Origin: an uncultured Gammaproteobacteria bacterium
GTDB taxonomy: Bacteria; Patescibacteriota; Microgenomatia; UBA12405
Direction: 5' to 3'
Length of the DNA: 64,000 nucleotides
NCBI GenBank assembly: GCA_964605545.1
Contig: CAZSCX010000001.1
Location: 16,148-80,147, forward strand
How positions within the stretch are numbered: position 1 is the stretch's first letter; every line of letters begins with the position of its first letter. A program made the position numbers and the translations under genes. A model generated the notes under the pieces. It saw only the letters and a list, made by a program, of their open reading frames with translations. It was not told where the DNA came from and made no database searches. Below are positions 34,800-44,370 of this stretch, in pieces.

Positions 34800-35148
34800 T
34801 AGAATTTTAATTAAACATAATAGTAATTGGGGTTTGGATGAGGAATTGGTCAAAAAATATACTCTTAAGGCTTTAAAAGAGCGAAATTTAGATGAAATAG
34901 AATTGAGTATTCGATTTGTTGGGAGGAAAGTAGCCAAAGAATTAAATCAAAAATTTCGGAAAATGAATTATATTCCTCAGGTTTTGGGTTTCCCGATGTC
35001 AAAGAAAAAAGAAGTTGATGGGTGGATACATTTAGGAGATATTGTTATTTGCAATGAAAAACTGAAATATGAGGCAAAGTTCCAAAAAAAGAATATAAGC
35101 GAAATATTGGAATTTTGGCTCTTACACGGAGTAGATAACTTGTTATAA
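34792..35148 (+). CDS. ybeY: YbeY-family protein, C-terminally truncated or degenerate
   Basis: ELN..FR, VLGFP, LGDIVIC, LLHG; lacks the rest of HGxLHLxGxDH. Confidence 0.75.
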   Translation: MANRILIKHNSNWGLDEELVKKYTLKALKERNLDEIELSIRFVGRKVAKELNQKFRKMNYIPQVLGFPMSKKKEVDGWIHLGDIVICNEKLKYEAKFQKKNISEILEFWLLHGVDNLL

Positions 35149-35154
35149 TGAGTT

Positions 35155-36582
35155 GTGAGTGTTTATCATCTTAAATATAGACCGCAATTATTTTCTGAAT
35201 TGGACTTGGATTATTTGGCAACGAAGTTAAAAAAAATTTTGGCAGCAAAAGAAACACCTCAGTCGTTTTTGTTATCGGGACCGAAAGGAGCGGGAAAGAC
35301 ATCGGTGGCGAGGATTATCGCAAGAGCGATAAATTGTTTAGATTTGAAAGATGGCGAACCTTGTGGTAAATGTGGTAATTGTACAATGGTATTGAAAAAT
35401 GCCGATTTGGATGTGATAGAAATTGATGCTGCTTCCAATAGAGGAATTGATGATATTAGAAATCTTAAAGAGAGTACTTATTTGATGCCTTCTAAATTGA
35501 AGAAAAAAGTTTTTATCGTTGACGAAGTTCATATGCTGACTAAAGAAGCTTTTAATGCTTTATTAAAAGTGATTGAAGAGCCGCCAGAACATGTTGTTTT
35601 TATCCTTTGCACTACTGATGAGAAAAAAATTCCGGATACTATTTTGTCTCGTTTGGTAAAAATTGAGTTTCGAAAAGGGACGAAGAAAGAATTAATAATG
35701 TCGATGGAGAGGATTATAAAGGGGGAAAAATTGGAAATTGAAAAAGAAGCTTTAGAGGTTTTGGCTTCAAAAAGTGATGGAAGTTTCCGTAATTTGCAAA
35801 AAACTTTAAACGAAGTAGTGATGGAATATGGAAAGAAGGTAAGCAGAGAAAATGTAATTGAATATTTGATTGGTAAATTTGGTGATTACAGTGGTGAAGA
35901 AGTAGAAAGTGATTTAAATAATCGTAATTTAAATGAGATATTAAATAAACTTGAGGTTTTGTCGACTAAAGGAGTTGATTTTGTGAATTTAAGAGAGACT
36001 TGGTTGAACTATTTTCATAAAAAATTGCTGGAAAAACCTGAAGTTGATTTAGTGAAATGGGTTAATTTGTTGATAGGGGCGAGTAAAATCGAAAAGGAAA
36101 TATCAATTGAACAATTACCATTGGAGTTGGCCGTAATCGATTTTTTGAAAGATAAAGAAATAAAGACACCGATAGTGGTAGAAACAAAAGAAACAACGGT
36201 GATAGTTGAAAAAGATGAAATTATTGTTGGTGATGTGTCTATGGAGGCAATTGAAGAGAAATGGGCACTTATTTTGGCAGAAATAAAACCCCTTAATCAT
36301 AGTGTTGAGGCATTTTTAAGAGCGACTAAACCAAAAAAAATGAAAGGAAAAGCTTTGGTATTGGAAGTGTTTTATCCTTTTCATAAAGATAAATTGGAAG
36401 AGTCAAAGAACAGGGAAGTCATGGAAAATTGTTTGTCAAAAATAATGGGTAAACAATTATGTGTCGAATATGTATTGGCTAAAGATAGGCATAAACCATT
36501 GGAAATAAAAAATGATACACCGGTGGAGACGGTGGTAGAAAAAGCAGATATTTATGATATTGCCAAAGATATTTTTGGATGA
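35155..36582 (+). CDS. dnaX: DNA polymerase III subunit gamma/tau
   Basis: KYRPQ, GPKGAGKT, PCGKCGNC, EIDAASNRGIDDIR, DEVHML, TILSR. Confidence 0.97.
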   Translation: MSVYHLKYRPQLFSELDLDYLATKLKKILAAKETPQSFLLSGPKGAGKTSVARIIARAINCLDLKDGEPCGKCGNCTMVLKNADLDVIEIDAASNRGIDDIRNLKESTYLMPSKLKKKVFIVDEVHMLTKEAFNALLKVIEEPPEHVVFILCTTDEKKIPDTILSRLVKIEFRKGTKKELIMSMERIIKGEKLEIEKEALEVLASKSDGSFRNLQKTLNEVVMEYGKKVSRENVIEYLIGKFGDYSGEEVESDLNNRNLNEILNKLEVLSTKGVDFVNLRETWLNYFHKKLLEKPEVDLVKWVNLLIGASKIEKEISIEQLPLELAVIDFLKDKEIKTPIVVETKETTVIVEKDEIIVGDVSMEAIEEKWALILAEIKPLNHSVEAFLRATKPKKMKGKALVLEVFYPFHKDKLEESKNREVMENCLSKIMGKQLCVEYVLAKDRHKPLEIKNDTPVETVVEKADIYDIAKDIFG

Positions 36583-36602
36583 AAATGTTAAAATAGGAGT
36601 AT

Positions 36603-36851
36603 ATGTTTGACAAAGCAAAATTATTAGCAAAGGCATTTAAAATTAAAAGAATGATTGAGTCGGAAACGACTGAGTTGGAGGAGGGTGGAATAAAAATTGT
36701 GGTGAGTGGTGATCAGAGAGTAAAACAGCTATCGATAAATGGGGTGGAAAATAGGATGTTGATGGAAGTAATCAATAAGGCAATGAAAAAATCACAAGAA
36801 AATGCGGCCAGAAAAATGAAAGAATCGGGTGGACTTGAAGGTCTATTTTAA
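36603..36851 (+). CDS. YbaB/EbfC nucleoid-associated protein
   Basis: Lies between dnaX and recR; GGIKIVVSGDQ...VINKA. Confidence 0.85.
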   Translation: MFDKAKLLAKAFKIKRMIESETTELEEGGIKIVVSGDQRVKQLSINGVENRMLMEVINKAMKKSQENAARKMKESGGLEGLF

Positions 36852-36854
36852 TTT

Positions 36855-37457
36855 ATGGGATCATATCCAAAACAGATAAAAAATTTAATTGAGGATTTTG
36901 AGAGATTACCTGGGATTGGTCCAAAAAGTGCGACAAGATTGGTATTTTATTTATTAAATGTACCAAAAGAGGCGATAGCAAAGTTTGCAAAAAATTTGAT
37001 TGACATTAAAGATGTCAAAATTTGCAATGAATGTTTTGGAGTATCCGAAAAAGAGATTTGTGATATTTGTAATGATAAAAATCGAAATAAAAAAATAATT
37101 TGTGTGGTGGAGAGATCGATTGATTTGTTAGCGATAGAAAATATTGGTGAATTTAAGGGTGTTTATCATGTTTTGGGGGGAGTGATCAATCCTTTAAATC
37201 ACGTTGGACCGGAAGATTTGAAAATTCAGGAATTAATTGATCGGTTAAGAGTTGGAATAGAAGAGGTGATTATTGCAACTAACCCAACAATGGAAGGAGA
37301 AGCGACGGCCTTATTTATTAAAAAGAAAATTGATAATTTTAATAAAGAAATAAAAATTAGCCGGATTGGTTCTGGTTTGCCAATTGGAGCAGATTTGGAG
37401 TATGCTGATTTAGCGACATTGTCTCGGGCAATGTCAGGGAGAAAACAATATGAATGA
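36855..37457 (+). CDS. recR: Recombination protein RecR
   Basis: LPGIGPKSA, C4 zinc finger, ICVVE, YHVLGG, ATNPTMEGEATA, GLPIGADLEYAD. Confidence 0.97.
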   Translation: MGSYPKQIKNLIEDFERLPGIGPKSATRLVFYLLNVPKEAIAKFAKNLIDIKDVKICNECFGVSEKEICDICNDKNRNKKIICVVERSIDLLAIENIGEFKGVYHVLGGVINPLNHVGPEDLKIQELIDRLRVGIEEVIIATNPTMEGEATALFIKKKIDNFNKEIKISRIGSGLPIGADLEYADLATLSRAMSGRKQYE

Positions 37458-37920
37458 TGATAATATAATGAAAAATGCTATAAAACAGGTAAAAGATTTA
37501 GGAATAGAGACAGGGAGGGAAATGGTAAAAGCAACAGTTGGGATTACAAAGGGAATTAGTGTGGGTGAATTGTTAGGAGATATTCAGCCGATGAGCGACG
37601 AAGAGTTACAAAGGAAGAAAATGGAAGATGAAAAGAAGAAAAGAGAAGAGGAACAGAAATTAAAATCAAGAATTAAGGGAAATGATTTGGAAAGTGAGAT
37701 GAAGAGATTAAGAGATCAAACAGAGAGAGAAGAGCAGGAGAAAGAAAGAATGGAAATGGAGGAGAAAAAAAGATTAGAAGAGAGAAAAAGGCAAGAAGAC
37801 GAGGAAATAGCGGCGATGGAAACAAGTAATCCACGAAAAGCGAAAAAGAAAAGAGGGAGTGCTTTTTTGCCGAATGATAAAAAATCACAAACTGCAGAGT
37901 ACAGTAAAAAGCCTGATTAG
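37450..37920 (+). CDS. Hypothetical charged coiled-coil protein
   Basis: E/K/R-rich ORF coupled to recR. Confidence 0.65.
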   Translation: MNDDNIMKNAIKQVKDLGIETGREMVKATVGITKGISVGELLGDIQPMSDEELQRKKMEDEKKKREEEQKLKSRIKGNDLESEMKRLRDQTEREEQEKERMEMEEKKRLEERKRQEDEEIAAMETSNPRKAKKKRGSAFLPNDKKSQTAEYSKKPD

Positions 37921-37937
37921 TGGTGATAAAATATACT

Positions 37938-39296
37938 ATGTTAATTTATAATACTGCAACAAGAAAAAAAGAGGAATTGAAAACAATAAAACCGGGTGAA
38001 GTGGGGATATATGCTTGTGGTCCGACAGTCTATTCACATCAACATATTGGAAACATGTACGCTTATATTTCTTGGGATATTTTGGTAAGGTCTCTGAAAT
38101 ATTTGGGTTTTAAGGTGAAATATGTGATGAATGTGACTGATGTCGGTCATTTGACCAGTGATAGTGATGAAGGTGAAGATAAAATGGAAAAAGGATCCAA
38201 GCGGGAAGGTTTGTCTGTTTGGGATATTGCCAAAAAATATGAAAAACAGTTTTTTGATGATGAAAAATCGTTAAATATTGAAAGACCAGATGTTGTTTGT
38301 AGGGCAACAGAATATATTAAAGAACAAATTGAATTAATCAAAAAGATTGAACAAAATGGTTTTACTTATAAAATAAGTGATGGAATTTATTTTGACACAA
38401 GTAAATTTGAGGCTTACGCAGATTTTGCCAAATTAAATTTGGAACAACAAAAAGAAGGAGCCAGAGTAGAGGTTAATCTAGAAAAGAAGAATATAACTGA
38501 TTTTGCTTTGTGGAAATTTTCTCCTTCGGCAGACACAGGGCAAGTTCGGCAGATGGAGTGGGAGAGTCCCTGGGGAGTTGGTTTCCCTGGTTGGCATATC
38601 GAATGTACTGCCATGTCGACTGAACATTTAGGAATACCTTTTGATATTCATACTGGGGGAATTGACCATATTTCTATTCATCATACAAATGAGATTGCTC
38701 AATCTTTTGGTGCTTTTGGGAAGAGTTCGGTAAATTATTGGATGCACAATGGTTTCTTAACTTTTAAAGGAGAAAAAATAAGTAAATCAACTGGAGGTTT
38801 GTTGACTATAGGAGATTTGGTAGCAATGGGTTTTGAACCGCTTGCATATCGATATATGGTAATTTCTTCTCAATATCGAAGTGGTTTAGATTTTTCTTTG
38901 GATAATTTAAAAACAGCTCAAATTTCTTTAAGGAAATTGAAAGAATCAGTTAAAGAAGTAAAAGGGGAAGTAAATAAAGAATATATTGATCAGTTTAAAA
39001 AATTATTGGAAAATGATCTTTCGATGCCGGAAGTAATGGCTTTGGTTTGGAAAATTGTCAGAGATGAACCGGCGACAGTTTTGGAGATGGACAAGATTTT
39101 GGGTTTGAATTTAGGTCACAAGGAGGAAGAAATTATTCCTAATGAAGTAGAAAAGCTGGTTTTAGAGAGAAAAAAGGCACGGGGAGAGAAAAATTGGATG
39201 GAATCTGATAGATTAAGAGAGGAGATTAGAAAATTGGGTTATGAAATAGAAGACCTACAAAATGATTGTAAAATAAGGAAGCTTATGGTAATCTAG
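37938..39296 (+). CDS. cysS: Cysteine--tRNA ligase
   Basis: YACGPTVY, HIGN, DFALWK, SPWGVGFPGWHIEC, DIHTGGIDH, KISKS. Confidence 0.97.
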   Translation: MLIYNTATRKKEELKTIKPGEVGIYACGPTVYSHQHIGNMYAYISWDILVRSLKYLGFKVKYVMNVTDVGHLTSDSDEGEDKMEKGSKREGLSVWDIAKKYEKQFFDDEKSLNIERPDVVCRATEYIKEQIELIKKIEQNGFTYKISDGIYFDTSKFEAYADFAKLNLEQQKEGARVEVNLEKKNITDFALWKFSPSADTGQVRQMEWESPWGVGFPGWHIECTAMSTEHLGIPFDIHTGGIDHISIHHTNEIAQSFGAFGKSSVNYWMHNGFLTFKGEKISKSTGGLLTIGDLVAMGFEPLAYRYMVISSQYRSGLDFSLDNLKTAQISLRKLKESVKEVKGEVNKEYIDQFKKLLENDLSMPEVMALVWKIVRDEPATVLEMDKILGLNLGHKEEEIIPNEVEKLVLERKKARGEKNWMESDRLREEIRKLGYEIEDLQNDCKIRKLMVI

Positions 39297-39302
39297 AAAG
39301 CT

Positions 39303-39581
39303 ATGGAAACAAAAAAATTTAAATATCAATTAATCCTGGTGCTTGATCCAGCTTTGGCGGAGAAAGATAGGGAAGCGTTGTTCAAAAAAATTGGAGAAAA
39401 ATTTGAAAAAAATGAACATCTTGGAATTAAAGAGATGCAATACAAGATTAAAAATAACGAAAAAGGTGATTATTGGATTTTTGAAACAGAAGCCGATAAA
39501 CCGATTCAAATGAAAGAATTTAATATTTATTTAAATAGAGAAATTAAAATTATACGTTATTTACTGTTAAAAAGGAGATAA
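39303..39581 (+). CDS. rpsF: 30S ribosomal protein S6
   Basis: Y.L.LVLDP, G.K...Y.I...KG.Y, IIRYLL; rpsF-ssb-rpsR order. Confidence 0.88.
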   Translation: METKKFKYQLILVLDPALAEKDREALFKKIGEKFEKNEHLGIKEMQYKIKNNEKGDYWIFETEADKPIQMKEFNIYLNREIKIIRYLLLKRR

Positions 39582-39585
39582 GAAA

Positions 39586-40119
39586 ATGCCTAGTCGCTGT
39601 CTTAATCGGGTAACTTTAATAGGTAATCTAACTCGTGACCCGGAGTTACGCTATACACCAGCCGGTATGGCGGTCGTTAGTTTTGGTTTAGCCACCAATA
39701 GAGTGTGGGTAACCAAACAAGGTGAAAAGAAAGAGGATGCTCAATTTCACCGAATTGTTGCTTGGAACAAGTTGGCTGAACTTTGTTCTCAGTTATTAAG
39801 TAAGGGGCGCCGAGTTTATGTTGATGGCCGAATTCAATATCGTGATTACACCGATGCCGAAAACAATAAAAAACAAATTGCCGAAATTGTCATTGACGAT
39901 ATGATTATTTTGGACAATAAAGGTATGAATAATGGTAATAGTGGTAGTCATGTTGAAGAAGACTTGTCGGTTAGCCAAGATTTAAGTGCTGGTGCAGAAG
40001 CCCCAGTTGAAGATATTGTTATTCCCGATGATTTGGGAGCAATTGAGCCAACTGAAACTGCGGCAGAAACTCCGGTTTCAGCTCCGGAAGAAAGCAAGGC
40101 TGACGAGATGCCTTTTTAA
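39586..40119 (+). CDS. ssb: Single-stranded DNA-binding protein
   Basis: LNRVTLIGNLTRDPELRYT, FHRIVAW, acidic tail DEMPF. Confidence 0.97.
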   Translation: MPSRCLNRVTLIGNLTRDPELRYTPAGMAVVSFGLATNRVWVTKQGEKKEDAQFHRIVAWNKLAELCSQLLSKGRRVYVDGRIQYRDYTDAENNKKQIAEIVIDDMIILDNKGMNNGNSGSHVEEDLSVSQDLSAGAEAPVEDIVIPDDLGAIEPTETAAETPVSAPEESKADEMPF

Positions 40120-40127
40120 AATAAAAT

Positions 40128-40358
40128 ATGATTAAAAAAACTTTTAAAAAGAAAGTAAAAGAGAGAGCTTGTGGATATTGCAAGACGAAAACCAATCCTG
40201 ATTGGAAGGACTATGAAACATTAGCTTCTTTTCTTACAAATAGAGGAAAGATATCGCCTGGTAGTATGACTGGACTTTGTGCTAGACACCAGAGAAAATT
40301 GGCGTCAGCAATTAAACAAGCAAGACATTTGGCTCTTTTGCCGTTTATTACTCAGTAA
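40128..40358 (+). CDS. rpsR: 30S ribosomal protein S18 (Cys, Zn-binding type)
   Basis: CGYC, DWKD, GKI, TGLCARHQR, AIKQAR.LALLPF. Confidence 0.95.
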   Translation: MIKKTFKKKVKERACGYCKTKTNPDWKDYETLASFLTNRGKISPGSMTGLCARHQRKLASAIKQARHLALLPFITQ

Positions 40359-40373
40359 TAGTTTTTGCAAAAT

Positions 40374-40402
40374 AAAGACCCTCCTGTAATGGGAGGGTTT
40401 TT
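40374..40402 (+). terminator. Intrinsic terminator after rpsR
   Basis: ACCCTCC-loop-GGAGGGT followed by a T run. Confidence 0.75.
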
Positions 40403-40420
40403 CGGATATAATTTATATAT

Positions 40421-41161
40421 ATGAAGTCTTCAATTAGGACCAAATGGATTGTTAAATTGGGACCAAAAGCAAAATTAAAATGCAAAGTTGGTGATGTAGT
40501 AGAACAAGGACAGATTATTTTGGTTGAAGGAACAGATGTTGTCAGAAGTTATGATGCTTCGATTGTTTTATCAAAATTAAAGAAGGAAAAGATAGAGACA
40601 ATAAATATGAGTTGGAAAAATAAAGAGATTAAAACAGGAGATATAATTTGTGAAACCGGAGGATTGGCAAATAAAAAAGTTTTTGCTCCAATAGACGGAG
40701 TTTTTTGCGGTATAGATGAATTTTTTAATATGACAATTAAAATTGAAGAGAAAGATAAAAAAATAATTTATGCTCCGATAAAAGCAGTGGTTGTAGAAGC
40801 AGATAAAGAAAGGTTGGTTTTGGAATTTAAGGCAAGCGAAATACTAGGTAAGGGTTTAATTTTGGGTCGAGTTTGGGGGAATGCTGATTTTAAGGAATAT
40901 AAAGAAATTTCGGACTTGGATTATCGTTGTGATGGTAAGGTAATTATGACAACCAATACTGAAATGACTTTTATTACCAAAGCAGAGGTGGTGGGAGTAG
41001 TTGGGATTATAGTTAAAGAGGAAAAAGAAATAGAGGCAGATATTCCAGTATTGATGATAAATGCCGATGATTGGGGTAAATTATTAAAAATGGGGGAAAA
41101 TAAAGATCTTTACAGAGTATTATTAAATGCTAAACTAGACAGATTGTTAATTGCAAAATAA
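40421..41161 (+). CDS. Hypothetical protein with barrel-sandwich-hybrid-like motifs
   Basis: KVGDVVEQGQII, IKTGDII, FAPIDG and YAPIKA motifs. Confidence 0.6.
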   Translation: MKSSIRTKWIVKLGPKAKLKCKVGDVVEQGQIILVEGTDVVRSYDASIVLSKLKKEKIETINMSWKNKEIKTGDIICETGGLANKKVFAPIDGVFCGIDEFFNMTIKIEEKDKKIIYAPIKAVVVEADKERLVLEFKASEILGKGLILGRVWGNADFKEYKEISDLDYRCDGKVIMTTNTEMTFITKAEVVGVVGIIVKEEKEIEADIPVLMINADDWGKLLKMGENKDLYRVLLNAKLDRLLIAK

Positions 41162-41163
41162 TC

Positions 41164-42354
41164 ATGAATATTAGAAAAACAAGAAATATTGTAGTTGGGA
41201 TTTTGGTATTAATTTTAGTGGCGAAAGTTAGTTTTGATTTGGGTAAAAGACAAAATGGAAATGATTTTGATTTGTCGATGATGTGGCAGGTAAAAGAAAG
41301 ATTGCAAGAAAAGTATTTGGATAAATCAAAGATAAAAGATGAAAGTATGAAGTATGGAGCAATTGAAGGTTTAGTTTCTTCTCTCGACGATCCTTATACA
41401 GTATTTTTGCCACCGAAGGAAAACAAAAGTGCAAATGATGATTTGGCAGGAAAGTTTGGTGGAGTAGGAATTTCTTTGGGATATAAGGATAAAACATTGG
41501 CGGTAATGAGTGCTTTACCAAAAACACCGGCGGAAAAGGCAGGATTGGTAGCGGGTGATTTGATTTTAAAAATTATTGATAAAACAAAGGGAGTAGATAG
41601 AGATACAACCGGAATTACTTTACAGGAAGCAGTGGAATTAATTAGAGGTGATATTGGAACCGAGATAACTTTAAAAATGTTTAGAGAAGGTAAAGACGGT
41701 ACTTTTGATGTAGTCTTAAAAAGAGATAATATTGAAGTGCCAAGTATTGAATTGGAATGGATTGAAAGAAAAGGAAAAAAGATAGCTTGGGTTAAATTAT
41801 ATAAATTTACCGATACTTTATTTAAAGATTGGACTGAAACGGTTGATAAAATAATCAAGGATAAAGATATAAATTATGGTGGAATTGTTTTAGATTTGAG
41901 AAGTAACCCCGGAGGATATTTGGCGGCTTCGGTTTACGTAGCATCTGATTTTATTAAAAGTGGAGTGATTGTTAAACAAGAATCAAGTAAAGATGGAGTA
42001 CAGGAATATAAAGTTGATTCAAGCCGTAATAAATTATTAAAAGATGAATTAGTAATTTTGGTTAATGGTGGTTCAGCATCAGCGGCAGAAATTTTGGCCG
42101 GGGCATTGCGAGAATATGAAAGAGGATTATTAGTTGGAGAGAAAACTTTTGGTAAGGGAACGGTTCAAGAACCTGAAGATTTTAAGGATGGTTCAGGAAT
42201 CCATATTACTATTGCTAAGTGGTTGTTGCCCAGTGGGAAAAATATTCACGGAATGGGAGTGGATCCGGATGTGGAAGTTAAATATGTGCCCAATGAAAAA
42301 GATCCAAAGGCTGACAATCAACTTGAAAAAGCAGTCGAAGTATTATTAAAATAA
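41164..42354 (+). CDS. S41 carboxy-terminal processing protease (CtpA-like)
   Basis: LDDPYT, FGGVGI, PDZ, LDLRSNPGG, SASAAEI, GEKTFGKG. Confidence 0.95.
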   Translation: MNIRKTRNIVVGILVLILVAKVSFDLGKRQNGNDFDLSMMWQVKERLQEKYLDKSKIKDESMKYGAIEGLVSSLDDPYTVFLPPKENKSANDDLAGKFGGVGISLGYKDKTLAVMSALPKTPAEKAGLVAGDLILKIIDKTKGVDRDTTGITLQEAVELIRGDIGTEITLKMFREGKDGTFDVVLKRDNIEVPSIELEWIERKGKKIAWVKLYKFTDTLFKDWTETVDKIIKDKDINYGGIVLDLRSNPGGYLAASVYVASDFIKSGVIVKQESSKDGVQEYKVDSSRNKLLKDELVILVNGGSASAAEILAGALREYERGLLVGEKTFGKGTVQEPEDFKDGSGIHITIAKWLLPSGKNIHGMGVDPDVEVKYVPNEKDPKADNQLEKAVEVLLK

Positions 42355-42359
42355 GAATT

Positions 42360-43433
42360 ATGAAAAAAATAGGAGTTGTGTTCCTTTTTGGTTTATTGGC
42401 AGGTTTATTGATCATGTCAAAGTTAGGTGATAATTTTAAAAAAAGTGAATTACCGACAAAGAGGGAAGTGGTAGATGAAGAGTCGGTGGTAACTCGAGTA
42501 GTAGAAGAAGCTGCACCAAGTGTAGTGACGGTTTCTATTTTGAAAACCCAAATAATAAATGATTTTTTCAATTTTGTTTCCGAAACACAAAACATCGAAA
42601 AAGATATTGGTACTGGATTTATCATTTCTAATGATGGTTTGATTGTTACAAATAAACATGTAGTTGCTGATACTGAGGCAAAATACAAAGTAGTTGTAGG
42701 TAAAGATGAAGTATTGGAAGTGAAACAAATTTATCGTGACCCTTTAACTGATTTGGCAATTTTGAAGGTGGATAAAAATGATTTAAAGCCAGTTAAAATG
42801 GGAGATTCGGATAAAATTAAAGTTGGTCAAACTGTAATTGCAATTGGAACGGCTTTGGGAGAATTCAGGTCAACTGTTACTCGGGGAGTAATTTCTGGAT
42901 TGGGAAGAGGAATTACGGCAGGATCGCCAATTGAAGGTCTGGAAAAGCTGGATAATGTAATTCAAACCGATGCGGCAATCAATCCGGGAAACTCGGGTGG
43001 ACCACTTTTGAACTCGTCTGGTGAAGTGATAGGGGTAAATGTAGCAGTGTCGCAGGCTGGTCAAAACATTGGATTTGCTCTGCCGATTAATTTGGTGAAA
43101 GAGTCGATTGATAACTTTAGGGCGACGGGGGAATTTGACCGGCCGTATTTGGGGGTGGCTTATCAGATGATTACGAAACAGGCGGCGTTGCTAAACGAAG
43201 TGCCACAGGGTGCTTATGTTCAAAATTTGGTTAAAGATGGACCGGCAGAAAAGGCAGGATTAAAGATTGGCGATATTATGACCGAAATTGATGGACAGAA
43301 ATTAAATGATGAAAAAAACGCAACGGTTGTAAATATAATTAACAAAAAGAAAATAGGGGATGAAGTGAAAATAAGTGTTTATCGGGAATCACAGGAGATT
43401 ACTCTTGTGGTGAAGTTGGAAAAGAAAAACTAA
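42360..43433 (+). CDS. HtrA/DegP-family serine protease with PDZ
   Basis: [33 protein letters not shown]. Confidence 0.95.
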   Translation: MKKIGVVFLFGLLAGLLIMSKLGDNFKKSELPTKREVVDEESVVTRVVEEAAPSVVTVSILKTQIINDFFNFVSETQNIEKDIGTGFIISNDGLIVTNKHVVADTEAKYKVVVGKDEVLEVKQIYRDPLTDLAILKVDKNDLKPVKMGDSDKIKVGQTVIAIGTALGEFRSTVTRGVISGLGRGITAGSPIEGLEKLDNVIQTDAAINPGNSGGPLLNSSGEVIGVNVAVSQAGQNIGFALPINLVKESIDNFRATGEFDRPYLGVAYQMITKQAALLNEVPQGAYVQNLVKDGPAEKAGLKIGDIMTEIDGQKLNDEKNATVVNIINKKKIGDEVKISVYRESQEITLVVKLEKKN

Positions 43434-44121
43434 GTTCGAGTAAGAGGTCTTCGAGGTTACCGTCGAGGATTTCGGAGAGATTATTAAAGGATTTGTTGAT
43501 ACGGTGGTCTTTGACTTGATTGCGGTCGTAGTTGTAAGTACGGATTTTGTCCGATCTTTTGGCTTGTCCAATGACGGCACGGGCGCCGCTAATTTGGGAC
43601 ATTTTTTTGTCTTCTTCTATTTGCCAAAGTTTACTTTGTAATATTTCTAGAGCGGCTTGTTTATTGGCGGCTTGAAACCGTTCCTTGCGACAAGAAACGA
43701 CAATACCAGTGGGTTTGTGGGTTATACGGACAGCTGTGGATACTTTATTGACATTTTGGCCGCCATTACCGCCGGCCCGACAAGCTTGGAATTCAATATC
43801 GTCTGGGTTTATTTTTATTTCATGACTGGTAATTTTAGGTAAGACTACAACAGCAGCGGTTGATGTATGAATACGCCCTTTTTTTTCGGTAACGGGAATT
43901 CTTTGAACACGATGAGTACCGGTTTCATATTGAAGTTGATTAAAGGCATCATAACCGCTAACTTGCATGACGCCATCGTCCAGTTGGGCTACTTTCCAGC
44001 CGACTTTGTTGGCATAACGGTTATACATTCGTTGCAAATCATCAGCCCAAAGTTGAGCCTCATCCCCACCGGGACCTGGGCGAAATTCCATAATAGCGAT
44101 ATTGGGATCAATAGTAGGCAT
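43399..44121 (-). CDS. prfA: Peptide chain release factor 1, N-terminally truncated (no domain 1)
   Basis: [23 protein letters not shown] (PxT), [16 protein letters not shown]. Confidence 0.92.
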   Translation of the reverse strand: MPTIDPNIAIMEFRPGPGGDEAQLWADDLQRMYNRYANKVGWKVAQLDDGVMQVSGYDAFNQLQYETGTHRVQRIPVTEKKGRIHTSTAAVVVLPKITSHEIKINPDDIEFQACRAGGNGGQNVNKVSTAVRITHKPTGIVVSCRKERFQAANKQAALEILQSKLWQIEEDKKMSQISGARAVIGQAKRSDKIRTYNYDRNQVKDHRINKSFNNLSEILDGNLEDLLLELSFSFPTSPQE

Positions 44122-44370
44122 CTATTTTGTTTTGGAAGTTTTTCTAGTTTTTGGACCTTTGTAGTTTTTGCCTTTTTCCACTTTTTCTTTGAATTTATCG
44201 ATTCTTCCTCTAATGTCAACAAATTTTTGCTGACCAGTATAGAAAGGATGGCATTTATTGCAGACTTCAACGTCGATTTTTTCTAAAGTTGAACCGGTAG
44301 TAAATTTATTGCCACAGACACAGTTGATTGCGGCTTTATCGAAATATTGTGGATGAATTCCTTGTTTCAT
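44122..44370 (-). CDS. rpmE: 50S ribosomal protein L31
   Basis: [29 protein letters not shown]. Confidence 0.96.
   Translation of the reverse strand: MKQGIHPQYFDKAAINCVCGNKFTTGSTLEKIDVEVCNKCHPFYTGQQKFVDIRGRIDKFKEKVEKGKNYKGPKTRKTSKTK

Noticed and set aside
36331-36342. dnaX slippage site (A8 run)
   Set aside because: Expected by chance in Lys-rich AT-rich DNA, very near the C-terminus, and no stimulatory structure seen.
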